NCBI GenBank assembly: GCA_902796225.1
Contig: CADBOO010000132.1
Coordinates: forward strand, 21,188 to 85,187
Origin: an uncultured Ruminococcus sp.
GTDB taxonomy: Bacteria; Bacillota; Clostridia; Oscillospirales; Acutalibacteraceae
Length of the DNA stretch: 64,000 nt
Reading direction: 5' to 3'
Shown here: positions 55,720 through 64,000 of the stretch, piece after piece
Position numbering within the stretch: the stretch's first letter is position 1
Layout: each line of letters starts with the position of its first letter
Position numbers and translations under genes: made by a program
The notes under the pieces: generated by a model
The model's input: only the letters and a program-made list of their open reading frames with translations
Databases searched by the model: none
Told to the model about the DNA's origin: nothing

Positions 55720-56049
55720 TTAAAGAATGAAGCCGATGGTGGCGTCGTCTACATAAATGACAAGGCGGTCGACGCCCGATTCGGCGGTCTTGACAGCGCC
55801 GGTCGCCGCGACGAGTTTCTGATAACCGACGTTGACGGTACCGCTCTTTGCAGCCTCGGTATAGCCTGCGATCTGTACGGCGGCATAGCCGTCGCGGGTG
55901 CTGACGCAGACGCCGATGAATGCGTCGTTTGCGGACGCTTTTGCGACCTTCGCCGACGCGCTCATTTTGACAAGGTCGCCCTTGCTGAGCGTACCGGTAT
56001 ACTCAAAGGTCAGCACATTTTCATTAAAGCCTGAAAACTTGATATTCAT
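55720..56049 (-). CDS. Capsid decoration/cement protein
   Basis: KGDLVKM...FIGV...AAVQIAG; GGAGGT RBS before ATG 56049. Confidence 0.7.
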   Translation of the reverse strand: MNIKFSGFNENVLTFEYTGTLSKGDLVKMSASAKVAKASANDAFIGVCVSTRDGYAAVQIAGYTEAAKSGTVNVGYQKLVAATGAVKTAESGVDRLVIYVDDATIGFIL

Positions 56050-56060
56050 AGTTACCTCCG

Positions 56061-57014
56061 TTAAATTCTGAATTCGGTATTGCCGAAGGTCTGTTCGGCA
56101 GTCATGCGGCAAAGCTGAGGCGCCGCCGGTTTTGCGGGCTGTTTGCCGAGCGCCTTGATCAGCGCCTGCAGCTCGCCCACATCGAGCTTTTCGATAATGC
56201 TTTTGGATGTATTGAAATCCACCTCAATCTTGAGATCGGCGATCTGACGTCTGAGCTTTTCGCACAGCTCGGCGCGGTACGCGTCGGCATACTCCGCCTT
56301 TTTCTCCAGCGCTTTGACATATTCTCTGAGCGAATCCATATCGCGCTTCGAAAGGAAGATATCCTTCTCGCATTCCAAAAGCGTTTTGATCGTTTTCATA
56401 TCCTTCTCCTTGATTCCTGTTTTGACCACGCCGGCGGCTCGCTGGGCGGGAACCGCGACAAAGCTGAATTCATACGCGTCGGTCGGCTCCGATAATTCAC
56501 CGCAGCACTTCTCGCCGTTATACTCGCTGCCCTTGACATGATTGCACAGCGGCGAACGCATGTCGTTGCGGCAGATCGAACAGACGGTTTTGCCGACACT
56601 GCAGCCGACGGATACCTCTTTGACGATGCCCGCCTCGATCTGATCGATCAGCTCGGCGTTCGCCTGCGTGCGGCGGATATACGCCCTTGCGGTCAGGCGA
56701 AACAATTCGTCGCCCAACGCGGTCGTTTTGCCCTCGACATTCTCGACCTTACACGAGATGATCCGCGCCTTCTGATTCCTGGCGGTCGGATCGTGGTCGA
56801 TGATGCCGGTCTTGCCGACGAACAGTTTTTCGAGCGCGAACAGCGATTCGACCGTAAAGCGTTCGTTGTCCCTGTCGAGATCGTTATCACACAATACGAC
56901 CGTGAACAGATACACCTCGTCCGCGCTCAGCTCACGGCGCGAATAGGTGTTGACCAGCGCCATTTCTTCAGCAAGCGAATCCCCGGCGCTTTTGATGACC
57001 ATTCCGTTTTTCAT
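56061..57014 (-). CDS. Prohead protease/scaffold
   Basis: DRDNERF, DH, KEVSVGC, CSIC...CNH, EFSFVAVPAQ, helical C-terminus. Confidence 0.8.
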   Translation of the reverse strand: MKNGMVIKSAGDSLAEEMALVNTYSRRELSADEVYLFTVVLCDNDLDRDNERFTVESLFALEKLFVGKTGIIDHDPTARNQKARIISCKVENVEGKTTALGDELFRLTARAYIRRTQANAELIDQIEAGIVKEVSVGCSVGKTVCSICRNDMRSPLCNHVKGSEYNGEKCCGELSEPTDAYEFSFVAVPAQRAAGVVKTGIKEKDMKTIKTLLECEKDIFLSKRDMDSLREYVKALEKKAEYADAYRAELCEKLRRQIADLKIEVDFNTSKSIIEKLDVGELQALIKALGKQPAKPAAPQLCRMTAEQTFGNTEFRI

Positions 57015-58156
57015 TCCTTCACCTCCGTGAGCGTCGCTTCGATCTGGGCGGCACGCGCGTTATCCAGCCGCGCCGACGCCAGTTCCGTTTCATCCTGTAA
57101 GCTGATATTGTCCCACTCGATCCCGACCTGCGGGTTGAGTCCCGCACAGCTCAGATAGATCCGCGCGATCCTGAGCAGCACCGGTGATAACAGTGAACGG
57201 TAATAATCCAGCTCCGACGTAAGGATATCCGCCTGCTGAGAGGACATCCTCTCGGTCGTCGACCACGACAGTCCCAGCAAAAACGGCGGTACGGACAGCT
57301 TTGCGACGATCTGCTCGAGGATATGCCTGATCGGAACGTCGCAGTCGAGGATCTGGTTATCCGCGCCGATCGCCCTGACGGAAACGTCGCCGACCGAAAT
57401 AAAGTCGCACACCCTGCCTTTATCGCGCATGGCGCGGCCCCACTCCTGAGCGATCTCCTCCACGCGCTGTTTCGAATTGATCGCAGAAGTCCCTGTCGGC
57501 GGGCGATAGGTCACCGCGAAGCGGACGTTGCCGGCGCGCTCGAAATTCTGTCCTACGCTGTCGAAGATCTTCAGCAGGATCTCGCTGACGAACGGCAGAC
57601 CGCCGAGGATCGAGTTGCCCTTGAGCGAACCGGGATCGGGGTTGAGCAGGCTCACACAGATCAGCTCGGGATGCTCGACCTCTCGTGAGAGACCGATCCC
57701 CTTCGCACAGATGCGCACATCCAGCGGATTGCTGCCGGTCTTGAGCTCGACAGCGTCCGCCGGGGCGTTATACAGCGCCGCGACCTCTGTGCCGTCCGAG
57801 GAAAGCACAATTTCGCCCACCGCCGTTCCGTAGGTGAGCAGCTGATCAAAATAGCAGAAGATGAACTCCCTGATCCCCGTTCCCACACCGCCGACACGGA
57901 CGTTGTCAAAAAAGTGATCCAGCGATCTTTGCGCGGCGTCATCCGCGCATTTCACGTAAAAATCCCCCAGCAGGCGGATCAGCTTGCCGATCGCGGCGTC
58001 GATCACCGGCACCGCTTTTCTCAGTTCACGATACAGCCTGTATTGCGTCGGATCCGCACTTTTGTACAGCGACGGGAGAATACTTCCCCTGTCGGCTGCG
58101 GCACAGGTCTGCACCGCGGGAGTACCGCTCTCTTTTTTAGCGGAAAACAGTTTCAA
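57011..58156 (-). CDS. Portal protein
   Basis: VPVIDAAI, GTAVGEIV, GNSIL, PPFLLG; lies after the terminase; probable TTG start at 58156. Confidence 0.85.
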   Translation of the reverse strand: MKLFSAKKESGTPAVQTCAAADRGSILPSLYKSADPTQYRLYRELRKAVPVIDAAIGKLIRLLGDFYVKCADDAAQRSLDHFFDNVRVGGVGTGIREFIFCYFDQLLTYGTAVGEIVLSSDGTEVAALYNAPADAVELKTGSNPLDVRICAKGIGLSREVEHPELICVSLLNPDPGSLKGNSILGGLPFVSEILLKIFDSVGQNFERAGNVRFAVTYRPPTGTSAINSKQRVEEIAQEWGRAMRDKGRVCDFISVGDVSVRAIGADNQILDCDVPIRHILEQIVAKLSVPPFLLGLSWSTTERMSSQQADILTSELDYYRSLLSPVLLRIARIYLSCAGLNPQVGIEWDNISLQDETELASARLDNARAAQIEATLTEVKE

Positions 58157-58160
58157 ATAC

Positions 58161-59444
58161 TTACCTCCCTTGTGCGGCAGAATCATTCCGCCGCTCTACG
58201 ATTGCACAGCAAAAGCTGCTGTCAGCCTTTGTGATATAGCTGACAAAATACCGTATGTCGTCCATGGCGTGGTCGTCCCTCTTGATGACGGTATCCGAAG
58301 GCTTGTCCTCGTCCCAGCGATAGAGCGAAAACTCGCGGATCGCGTCGCTACAGTTCTCGCAAATGACGACTTCTTTGCGCATCAGCGCCTGATAGGTTTT
58401 GCGGATGCCGTCCAGCACGTTGTTGTCCGCCCTCACTGCCGCAAAACGTCCGTGACGTTCGATAACCTCGATAAAGCTGGCGGCGCTGGGGTCGACGATC
58501 ACCGTCCCGACGTCCAGCGTACCGACAAGGTTTTCGAGCGCCGTATAGTGCTCCTCATCGGTACGCGATTTTCCCTCTCTGCGCGCATCATAGTAGTCCT
58601 CTGCGATCCGATACCAGACCTCGCCGATCCTGCCCCAGAGTCCCAGCGAAGTCGGATTTACCGTGCCGTAATCGCAGGAGACACAGTATTCCTCAAAGCT
58701 GACCTTCGGAACAGGTACGAACATACTGCTGTCATCCATAAACGGATAGACAGCGCCCGAAACACTCACCCATTCGCCCTCGACAAAACGCTTATAGAAC
58801 GCGCCGGAATACAGCTTTTCATAGCGTCCCAGCATTTTTTGCGAGAGCGACGGATTGTCTTTCATCGAGAAGTGGATATACACGGCGTTTTTTTCATTCC
58901 TGCGGCATATCCACTCTCTGTAGAACCAGTGAGAAGGGTATTCGGGGTTACAGTTGAAGAAGAACCGCGATCCCTGCACCGAGCATCGCGCGAGCGCCTG
59001 TTCGACGAATGAACGCGGCATCAGCGCAACCTCGTCAAACAACACGCCCGACAGCGTGATGCCCTGCACCAGCGCGGCGCTGCCCTCATCCTTACCCGAA
59101 AACAGGTAAAAGTAATTCTCGTGCCCGTGAAATCCGATGACGAGCCGATTGCGCGAAAGGTTGTCCTCCACGCTGAAGCCCATCTCTTTCAGGCACGGCA
59201 GAAGCGGCACGATCACGTTGCGCCGTAAGGCGCCGATGGTTTTTCCGCACAGGCCGAGAGAGGCTTTTTGAAAGCTCAGCATCGCCCACATCACAAACGA
59301 CAGCGACAGCGAAAAGGTCTTGCCCGAACGGACAGCCCCGTCGCAGATCACCGCGTCGTGATGCTCGTATCCCGAGCCGTCGGCCCACCAAAAAAGCGCT
59401 TGCAGCTGCTTTTGAGAAAACGGTTTATACTCCATCGTCGTCAC
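58161..59444 (-). CDS. Terminase large subunit (PBSX type)
   Basis: GAVRSGKT, LFDEVA, NCNP, CDYG, DPSA, DHAMDDIRY; all motifs intact. Confidence 0.95.
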   Translation of the reverse strand: MTTMEYKPFSQKQLQALFWWADGSGYEHHDAVICDGAVRSGKTFSLSLSFVMWAMLSFQKASLGLCGKTIGALRRNVIVPLLPCLKEMGFSVEDNLSRNRLVIGFHGHENYFYLFSGKDEGSAALVQGITLSGVLFDEVALMPRSFVEQALARCSVQGSRFFFNCNPEYPSHWFYREWICRRNEKNAVYIHFSMKDNPSLSQKMLGRYEKLYSGAFYKRFVEGEWVSVSGAVYPFMDDSSMFVPVPKVSFEEYCVSCDYGTVNPTSLGLWGRIGEVWYRIAEDYYDARREGKSRTDEEHYTALENLVGTLDVGTVIVDPSAASFIEVIERHGRFAAVRADNNVLDGIRKTYQALMRKEVVICENCSDAIREFSLYRWDEDKPSDTVIKRDDHAMDDIRYFVSYITKADSSFCCAIVERRNDSAAQGR

Positions 59445-59916
59445 CCGCCGGTATAACGGATCGACCCAGCGCCTGTGCCGAAAGCCGCATCGCTTCGATC
59501 AGTCCGCCGGAAGAATTTAATTCTTCTGAAGAATTAAGAAGCTCGTTCAGCTTGTCCGCCGCCTTCACGCGGTCAAAGAACTTGATCTCCATGCTCTTGT
59601 CCTTTGTCCGCTTGATTTCCGCAACGGACGACAGATCCAGCATCTCCAGTTCCTCGTCGGTCGGATCCTCGTGATACAACAGCTTGAGCGCGTCACAGGG
59701 GTTCGAGAGCGCCGTCCGATACAATCCGCACATCGCCGTGTGGCGGTATACTGCGCGCAGCGCCTCGGCATTGCGTCCGATTTCAGCGGCAATATCGGCG
59801 CGGCACACCAGCCGCTGCCATTTCTTTGCCGATTTGATTCCTGCTTCGCGCGCCGCACGCGCAGGATCTCCGCAGATCGCCGTCAGACGGCAGAATTCTT
59901 TTTCTTTTGGTTTCAT
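59425..59916 (-). CDS. Terminase small subunit
   Basis: KEKEFC...AAREAG start, EIKFFDRVKAADKL; GAAAGGAG RBS. Confidence 0.8.
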   Translation of the reverse strand: MKPKEKEFCRLTAICGDPARAAREAGIKSAKKWQRLVCRADIAAEIGRNAEALRAVYRHTAMCGLYRTALSNPCDALKLLYHEDPTDEELEMLDLSSVAEIKRTKDKSMEIKFFDRVKAADKLNELLNSSEELNSSGGLIEAMRLSAQALGRSVIPAGDDDGV

Positions 59917-59963
59917 ACAAAACTCCTTTCACTGATTCCACCCATGCCGCGAAAATAAAAAAA

Positions 59964-59983
59964 GTTGCATAAACCTATGCAAC
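59964..59983. promoter_or_regulatory. Perfect inverted repeat upstream of the GTA-like operon
   Basis: GTTGCATA-AACC-TATGCAAC, followed by a T-run on the minus strand. Confidence 0.55.
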
Positions 59984-60127
59984 CGAGTAAAAAATAGTAA
60001 TATTGATTCCAAAAAATAGGGTTGAGTCGGACGTCAGCGGAGATTTTCGCAGAACAAGGCTGAGAATGCCGCACAATTCGCGGCGGCTCCTTCAATCGTT
60101 CCGTCTTCGCCATTCCCTGAAAACGAG

Positions 60128-61534
60128 GTGTTTTTCATCTTCACCGCATCATACGAACAAAACAAAAGCCTGCTTGTCCGGCTGCTGCGGTCGGACGACT
60201 GCTTTGATATCATCGAACGCAATATTATTCTTTCAGAGAAAAAAGCAGTCATTTTTTACGTAAACGGCCTGGTCAAGGACGACATCATGGAAAAGCTGAT
60301 GGAGTTCTTTTATACCCAGACCGAGCCGTCCTTTCTCAAGGACGCCCATACCTTTGCCGAGAACTGCGTCCCCTATGTCGAGATCAGCGTCGTCGATAAC
60401 CCCGACGACGTCATCAAAAACGTCCTCTCGGGTATTCCCTGCCTGATGGTCGAGGGTTTTTCGGAATGCCTCGCCTTCGATATGCGCACCTATCCCCAGC
60501 GCGGCACCTCCGAGCCGGAGGACGACAAGGTTCTGCGCGGCAGCAAGGACGGCTTTGTCGAAACGGTCATCTTCAATTCGGCGCTGATCCGCCGCCGCAT
60601 CCGCGATACGAACTTCATCACCAAGGCGATGACCGTCGGCAGGGAGTCCAAGACCGACATCATCGTCTGCTATATGGACAACCGCGTCGACCACAGTCTG
60701 CTGGAAAAACTGATCGGGCGCATCAAAGGACTCAGCATCGACAGCCTGTCCATGAACCAGCAAAGCCTGATCGAGGCGATGTATCAGAGCAAATGGCTCA
60801 ACCCGTTTCCCAAGGTCAAGTATACCGAACGACCCGACGTCGCCGCTGCGGTCTGTCTGAAGGGCAACATCGTCATCCTTGTCGATAACTCGCCGTCCGC
60901 CCTGCTGATCCCGACCTCGATCTTTGACGTTCTGGAGGAGGCGGACGACTACTATTTTCCGCCGATCACCGGCACCTATATCCGCATCGCGCGCTATCTG
61001 ATCACCATCAGCTCGGTACTGCTGACCCCGATCTGGCTCTTATGCCTGCAAAACCCCGACTATGTGCCGGACATATTCAAATTCGTCCTGCAGACCGAAC
61101 CGATCCACCTGCCGATCTTCTGGCAGCTGATTATCATCGAGATCTGCATCGACGGACTGCGGCTCGCCGCCCTGCATACGCCGTCGAGTCTGACCTCGGC
61201 GCTGGGCATTATCGGTGCGATCGCGTTCTCTCAGTTCGCCATCGACGCGGGATGGTTCACCACCGCATCGACGCTCTACATGGCGTTCGTCACCATAGCG
61301 AACTACAGCCAGCCCAACTACGAGCTGGGCTATTCCTTAAAGTACGTCCGCGTGATGCTGCTGACCCTGACCTACGCGCTGAACCTTGTCGGCTTCATTA
61401 TAGGGATCGTCATCATCTTCATCCTGCTGCTCACCAACAAGACTATCTCCGGCAAAAGCTACCTGTATCCCCTGATCCCCTTCAAGCCGAAGGAGCTGGT
61501 CAAAAAGCTCACCCGCATCCGCGTCAGGCAGTAG
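60128..61534 (+). CDS. spoVAF: Spore germination protein, GerA/SpoVAF family
   Basis: RTYPQR...EPE..KVLRGSKDGFVET, NPFPKVKYTERPD, VDNSP, C-terminal TM helices. Start codon uncertain. Confidence 0.85.
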   Translation: MFFIFTASYEQNKSLLVRLLRSDDCFDIIERNIILSEKKAVIFYVNGLVKDDIMEKLMEFFYTQTEPSFLKDAHTFAENCVPYVEISVVDNPDDVIKNVLSGIPCLMVEGFSECLAFDMRTYPQRGTSEPEDDKVLRGSKDGFVETVIFNSALIRRRIRDTNFITKAMTVGRESKTDIIVCYMDNRVDHSLLEKLIGRIKGLSIDSLSMNQQSLIEAMYQSKWLNPFPKVKYTERPDVAAAVCLKGNIVILVDNSPSALLIPTSIFDVLEEADDYYFPPITGTYIRIARYLITISSVLLTPIWLLCLQNPDYVPDIFKFVLQTEPIHLPIFWQLIIIEICIDGLRLAALHTPSSLTSALGIIGAIAFSQFAIDAGWFTTASTLYMAFVTIANYSQPNYELGYSLKYVRVMLLTLTYALNLVGFIIGIVIIFILLLTNKTISGKSYLYPLIPFKPKELVKKLTRIRVRQ

Positions 61535-61537
61535 AAA

Positions 61538-61725
61538 CCCCTAACTCCTAACTCCTAACTCCCAACTAATTCCTAACTTCTAACTTATTCCTAATTCCTC
61601 ATTCCTAATTTCTAATTCCTAATTCTTCACTCCTCACCCCTAACTCCTAACTCCTCACTCCTAACTCCTCACTCCCAACTCCTCACTCCTAACTAATTCC
61701 TAATTCCTCATTCCTAATTTCTAAT
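61538..61725. repeat. Degenerate heptamer tandem repeat (CCTAACT/CCTAATT/CCTCACT)
   Basis: About 190 bp of 7-nt periodic, G-free sequence between convergent genes. Confidence 0.9.
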
Positions 61726-62230
61726 TTAACAGAAGGCTCACCGTCACCACGCTCAATACGATCGCCGTAAAATCCGCCAGCAGCGCTGAGAACAGCGTAT
61801 GGCGGATCTTTTTGATCCCGGCGGCGGAGTAGTACATCGTCACGGCGTAAAAGGTCGTTTCGGTCGAGCCCGCCACCACGCTGGCGCATTTGGCGAGAAA
61901 GCTGTCCGCGCCGTGGTCCTCATAGATCCCGAGCAGGATCGCCGATGCGCCCGATCCCGACACAGGTCTGAGCAATCCCATCGGTACCAGCTCGGCGGGA
62001 AATCCAATCGCCTCGGCGGCAGGACGTATCGTCTCGGCGATCCAGTCGAGCAAGCCGGATTCTCTCAGCATCCCCACCGCGACCAGCAGCGCGATCATGG
62101 TCGGAGCGATAAACACGACTGTGTGCATCCCTTCCTTGACGCCCTCGACAAAGCTCTCAAAAATATTCACTCTTTTGAACAGTCCGTAACCGCACAGCGC
62201 GGCGATGATCAGCGGGATAATGATCTCCAT
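61721..62230 (-). CDS. spmB: Spore maturation protein B
   Basis: FVEGVKEG, RPVSGSG, GSTETTFY, KKIRHTL; start at 62230. Confidence 0.92.
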   Translation of the reverse strand: MEIIIPLIIAALCGYGLFKRVNIFESFVEGVKEGMHTVVFIAPTMIALLVAVGMLRESGLLDWIAETIRPAAEAIGFPAELVPMGLLRPVSGSGASAILLGIYEDHGADSFLAKCASVVAGSTETTFYAVTMYYSAAGIKKIRHTLFSALLADFTAIVLSVVTVSLLLN

Positions 62231-62799
62231 TTTTGCCTCCGCATCAACAGTTTTGACGACGCCAATCCTGCCGTCAGCGCCAGCGCCGAGGTGATCCATA
62301 CGCACAGCAGGATGTCGAACGGATGCTGTGAACCGTAGCTCTTTCTCAGCGCCGCAACCGACGTCGGCAAAAGCTGGATCGACGCCGTGTTCATCAACAC
62401 AAAGGTCAGCATGCTGTCGGAAGCCGTATCGGACGGATGATGCTTTTTTAATTCTTTCATAGCATTAAGTCCAAGCGGCGTCGCGGCATTTCCCAGTCCC
62501 AGCAGATTCGCGCTGATATTCATCGAGATGTAGCGAAAGGCGTCCGAATCGACGTCTACATCCGGGTATAATCGCTTCAGGATCGGCGCGCACAGCCGCG
62601 AGAGCTTTTCGATCAGCCCGCTGTCCTTTGCAATCCGCATGAATCCCGACCACATACACAGCATCCCGCTGATCGAGATCAGCAGAGTCACCGCGCCCGA
62701 CGCCGAGTCCATGATCCCCTCGCTCAATTCTCCCGCGCTGCCGCTGATCAGCGAAAAAACAAATGACAGTGTGATCATGATCCCGAATACATATGACAT
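62209..62799 (-). CDS. spmA: Spore maturation protein A
   Basis: NISANLLGLGNAATPLG, NTASIQLLPT. Confidence 0.93.
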   Translation of the reverse strand: MSYVFGIMITLSFVFSLISGSAGELSEGIMDSASGAVTLLISISGMLCMWSGFMRIAKDSGLIEKLSRLCAPILKRLYPDVDVDSDAFRYISMNISANLLGLGNAATPLGLNAMKELKKHHPSDTASDSMLTFVLMNTASIQLLPTSVAALRKSYGSQHPFDILLCVWITSALALTAGLASSKLLMRRQKWRSLSR

Positions 62800-62923
62800 A
62801 GGAACCTCCGATACATACGCGGCGATCCCGCAAACAGGATCGACACATTTCAGCCCTCACGCCGCTTTTGGCAGGGATTGCCGCAGCCCCTCGTCGGAGC
62901 TTCGCAGCAATACCCCCTAACTA

Positions 62924-62952
62924 TTGACAAATTTACCGAAATTTGGTAAACT
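62924..62952 (+). promoter_or_regulatory. SigA promoter of the AbrB-family gene
   Basis: TTGACA-17 nt-TAAACT with TG extension. Confidence 0.75.
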
Positions 62953-63005
62953 ATCGACGGCAGAAAACAAGATTCACCAAAACACCCACAGAAAGGAAGA
63001 CCCAA

Positions 63006-63248
63006 ATGAAACCCGCAGGCTTTCTCTGCAAGATAGATAAGCTGGGGCGCATCGTCGTACCGAAGCCCCTGCGTACCAAATACGACCTCAACATCGACGA
63101 CACCATCGAGCTGTTCACCGACGACAACTCGATCATCCTCAAAAAATACAAGGCAAGCTGCATCTTCTGCGGTGGCGACGAAGACCTTGTTTCCTATCAG
63201 GGCAAGACCGTTTGCAAAAGCTGTATTGCAAAGCTGAACAAAATCTGA
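63006..63248 (+). CDS. AbrB/SpoVT-family transcriptional regulator
   Basis: KIDKLGRIVVPKPLR...IILKKY..SCIFCG...CKSC; ATG 63006 after GAAAGGA. Confidence 0.9.
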   Translation: MKPAGFLCKIDKLGRIVVPKPLRTKYDLNIDDTIELFTDDNSIILKKYKASCIFCGGDEDLVSYQGKTVCKSCIAKLNKI

Positions 63249-63301
63249 TACTATATATACATACCGAACACGATGAATAGACCATTCAGGAGGTAATTCA
63301 A

Positions 63302-63787
63302 ATGAAAAGAGAAGATCACATCTCATGGGATGAATACTTTATGGGCGTAGCGCTTCTGGCGGCACAGCGTTCCAAAGACCCGAACACCCAGGTCGGCGCC
63401 TGCATCGTCAATAAGAACAAGCGCATCCTCTCCACCGGTTACAACGGCTTCCCCTACGGCTGCTCCGACGACCTGTTTCCGTGGGAGCGTGAGGGCGAAG
63501 ATAACAAGTACAAGTACGTTGTTCACGCCGAGCTGAACGCCATTCTCAACGCAGGCGGTAAATCCCTCGAGGGCGCGCGTCTGTATGTCGATCTTTTCCC
63601 GTGCAACGAGTGTGCAAAGGCGATCATCCAGTCCGGCATTTCCGAGATCGTGTACCTGTACGATAAGTACGCCGATCTGCCCGAGACCGCCGCTTCCAAG
63701 AAGATGCTCAACTCCGCCGGCGTTCGTATGACCCAGCTCAAGCCGAACACCGAGAAGATCGTCATCGATTTTGACAAAAACAAATAA
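63302..63787 (+). CDS. dCMP deaminase (ComEB family)
   Basis: SWDEYFM, RSKDP, GYNG, HAELNAI, PCNEC. Confidence 0.93.
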   Translation: MKREDHISWDEYFMGVALLAAQRSKDPNTQVGACIVNKNKRILSTGYNGFPYGCSDDLFPWEREGEDNKYKYVVHAELNAILNAGGKSLEGARLYVDLFPCNECAKAIIQSGISEIVYLYDKYADLPETAASKKMLNSAGVRMTQLKPNTEKIVIDFDKNK

Positions 63788-63790
63788 GAT

Positions 63791-63868
63791 AAAAAACAGG
63801 GCAGTCCGTCGATGAACTGCCCTGTTGAGCAAAATAAGCCGGAGGATCTTCCTCCGGCTTGTTTTTTT
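63791..63868. terminator. Tandem hairpins/bidirectional terminator
   Basis: AACAGGGCAGT...ACTGCCCTGTT and AAGCCGGAGGA-TCT-TCCTCCGGCTT with T-run. Confidence 0.75.
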
Positions 63869-64000
63869 ATCTCGTTTGATGATCAAAATTGTATTTCTCT
63901 ATGACTTGCGCATACTTTTCCTGCACCAGCGGGATGATTTCCTCCCACGGCTTTGCGACATGGGTTCTTGCACCTTCGCCGACTTTTTTCAGCAGTCCGT
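63867..64000 (-). CDS. 3' end of a gene, possibly a GT4 glycosyltransferase (truncated)
   Basis: Open frame ...LLKKVGEGARTHVAKPWEEIIPLVQEKYAQVIEKYNFDHQTR*. Confidence 0.45.
   Translation of the reverse strand, partial: GLLKKVGEGARTHVAKPWEEIIPLVQEKYAQVIEKYNFDHQTR

Larger units (their letters stand above)
48821..59916 (-). other. Domesticated phage-derived head-baseplate operon (GTA-like)
   Basis: 18 tightly packed structural/packaging genes with host-like codon style; no integrase, replication, regulator or lysis genes. Confidence 0.8.

Noticed and set aside
1-59916. One continuous 60-kb prophage
   Set aside because: There are two complete, dissimilar sets of terminase, portal, capsid and baseplate genes, separated by the integrase and three host genes.
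48821-59916. Phage satellite (PICI or capsid-forming PICI)
   Set aside because: No integrase, primase/replicase, regulators or att repeats are visible.
61538-61725. CRISPR array or telomere-like sequence
   Set aside because: 7-nt period with no unique spacers and no cas genes; TTAGG similarity is superficial in an internal bacterial locus.

Overview
Chromosomal window from a spore-forming clostridial bacterium (Oscillospiraceae/Ruminococcus-like by gene content, an inference) containing two phage-derived elements. (1) Positions <1 to ~45964 hold most of a temperate PBSX/skin-like myovirus prophage. It runs from tail fibre and baseplate through head and terminase, a transporter-ParB-IbrA-IbrB block, early accessory genes, replication and recombination, a cassette of aberrant tRNA-like RNAs, and the CI/Cro switch to a tyrosine integrase. 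Lysis genes and the left end are not in the window. (2) After three host genes, 48821-59916 is an intact 11-kb head-plus-baseplate operon. It has no integrase, replication, lysis, sheath or tape-measure gene, looks domesticated (GTA-like), and is divergent from spoVAF, followed by spmB, spmA, an AbrB-family gene and a dCMP deaminase. The strongest signal links the two elements: prophage early ORF 28942-29193 ends in a 37-residue copy of the N-terminal region of the GTA-like major capsid protein (26/37 identical, 17 of the 26 using different codons). This suggests a phage-encoded capsid mimic aimed at the host's domesticated particle. Other candidates are a 42-aa ORF in the tape-measure slot, an antisense mini-ORF resembling the repressor C-terminus, a 182-nt structured early leader RNA, tRNA scaffolds with expanded anticodon arms, and a transporter-linked DNA-modification locus. 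All family calls come from motif recognition and synteny, with no database searches.
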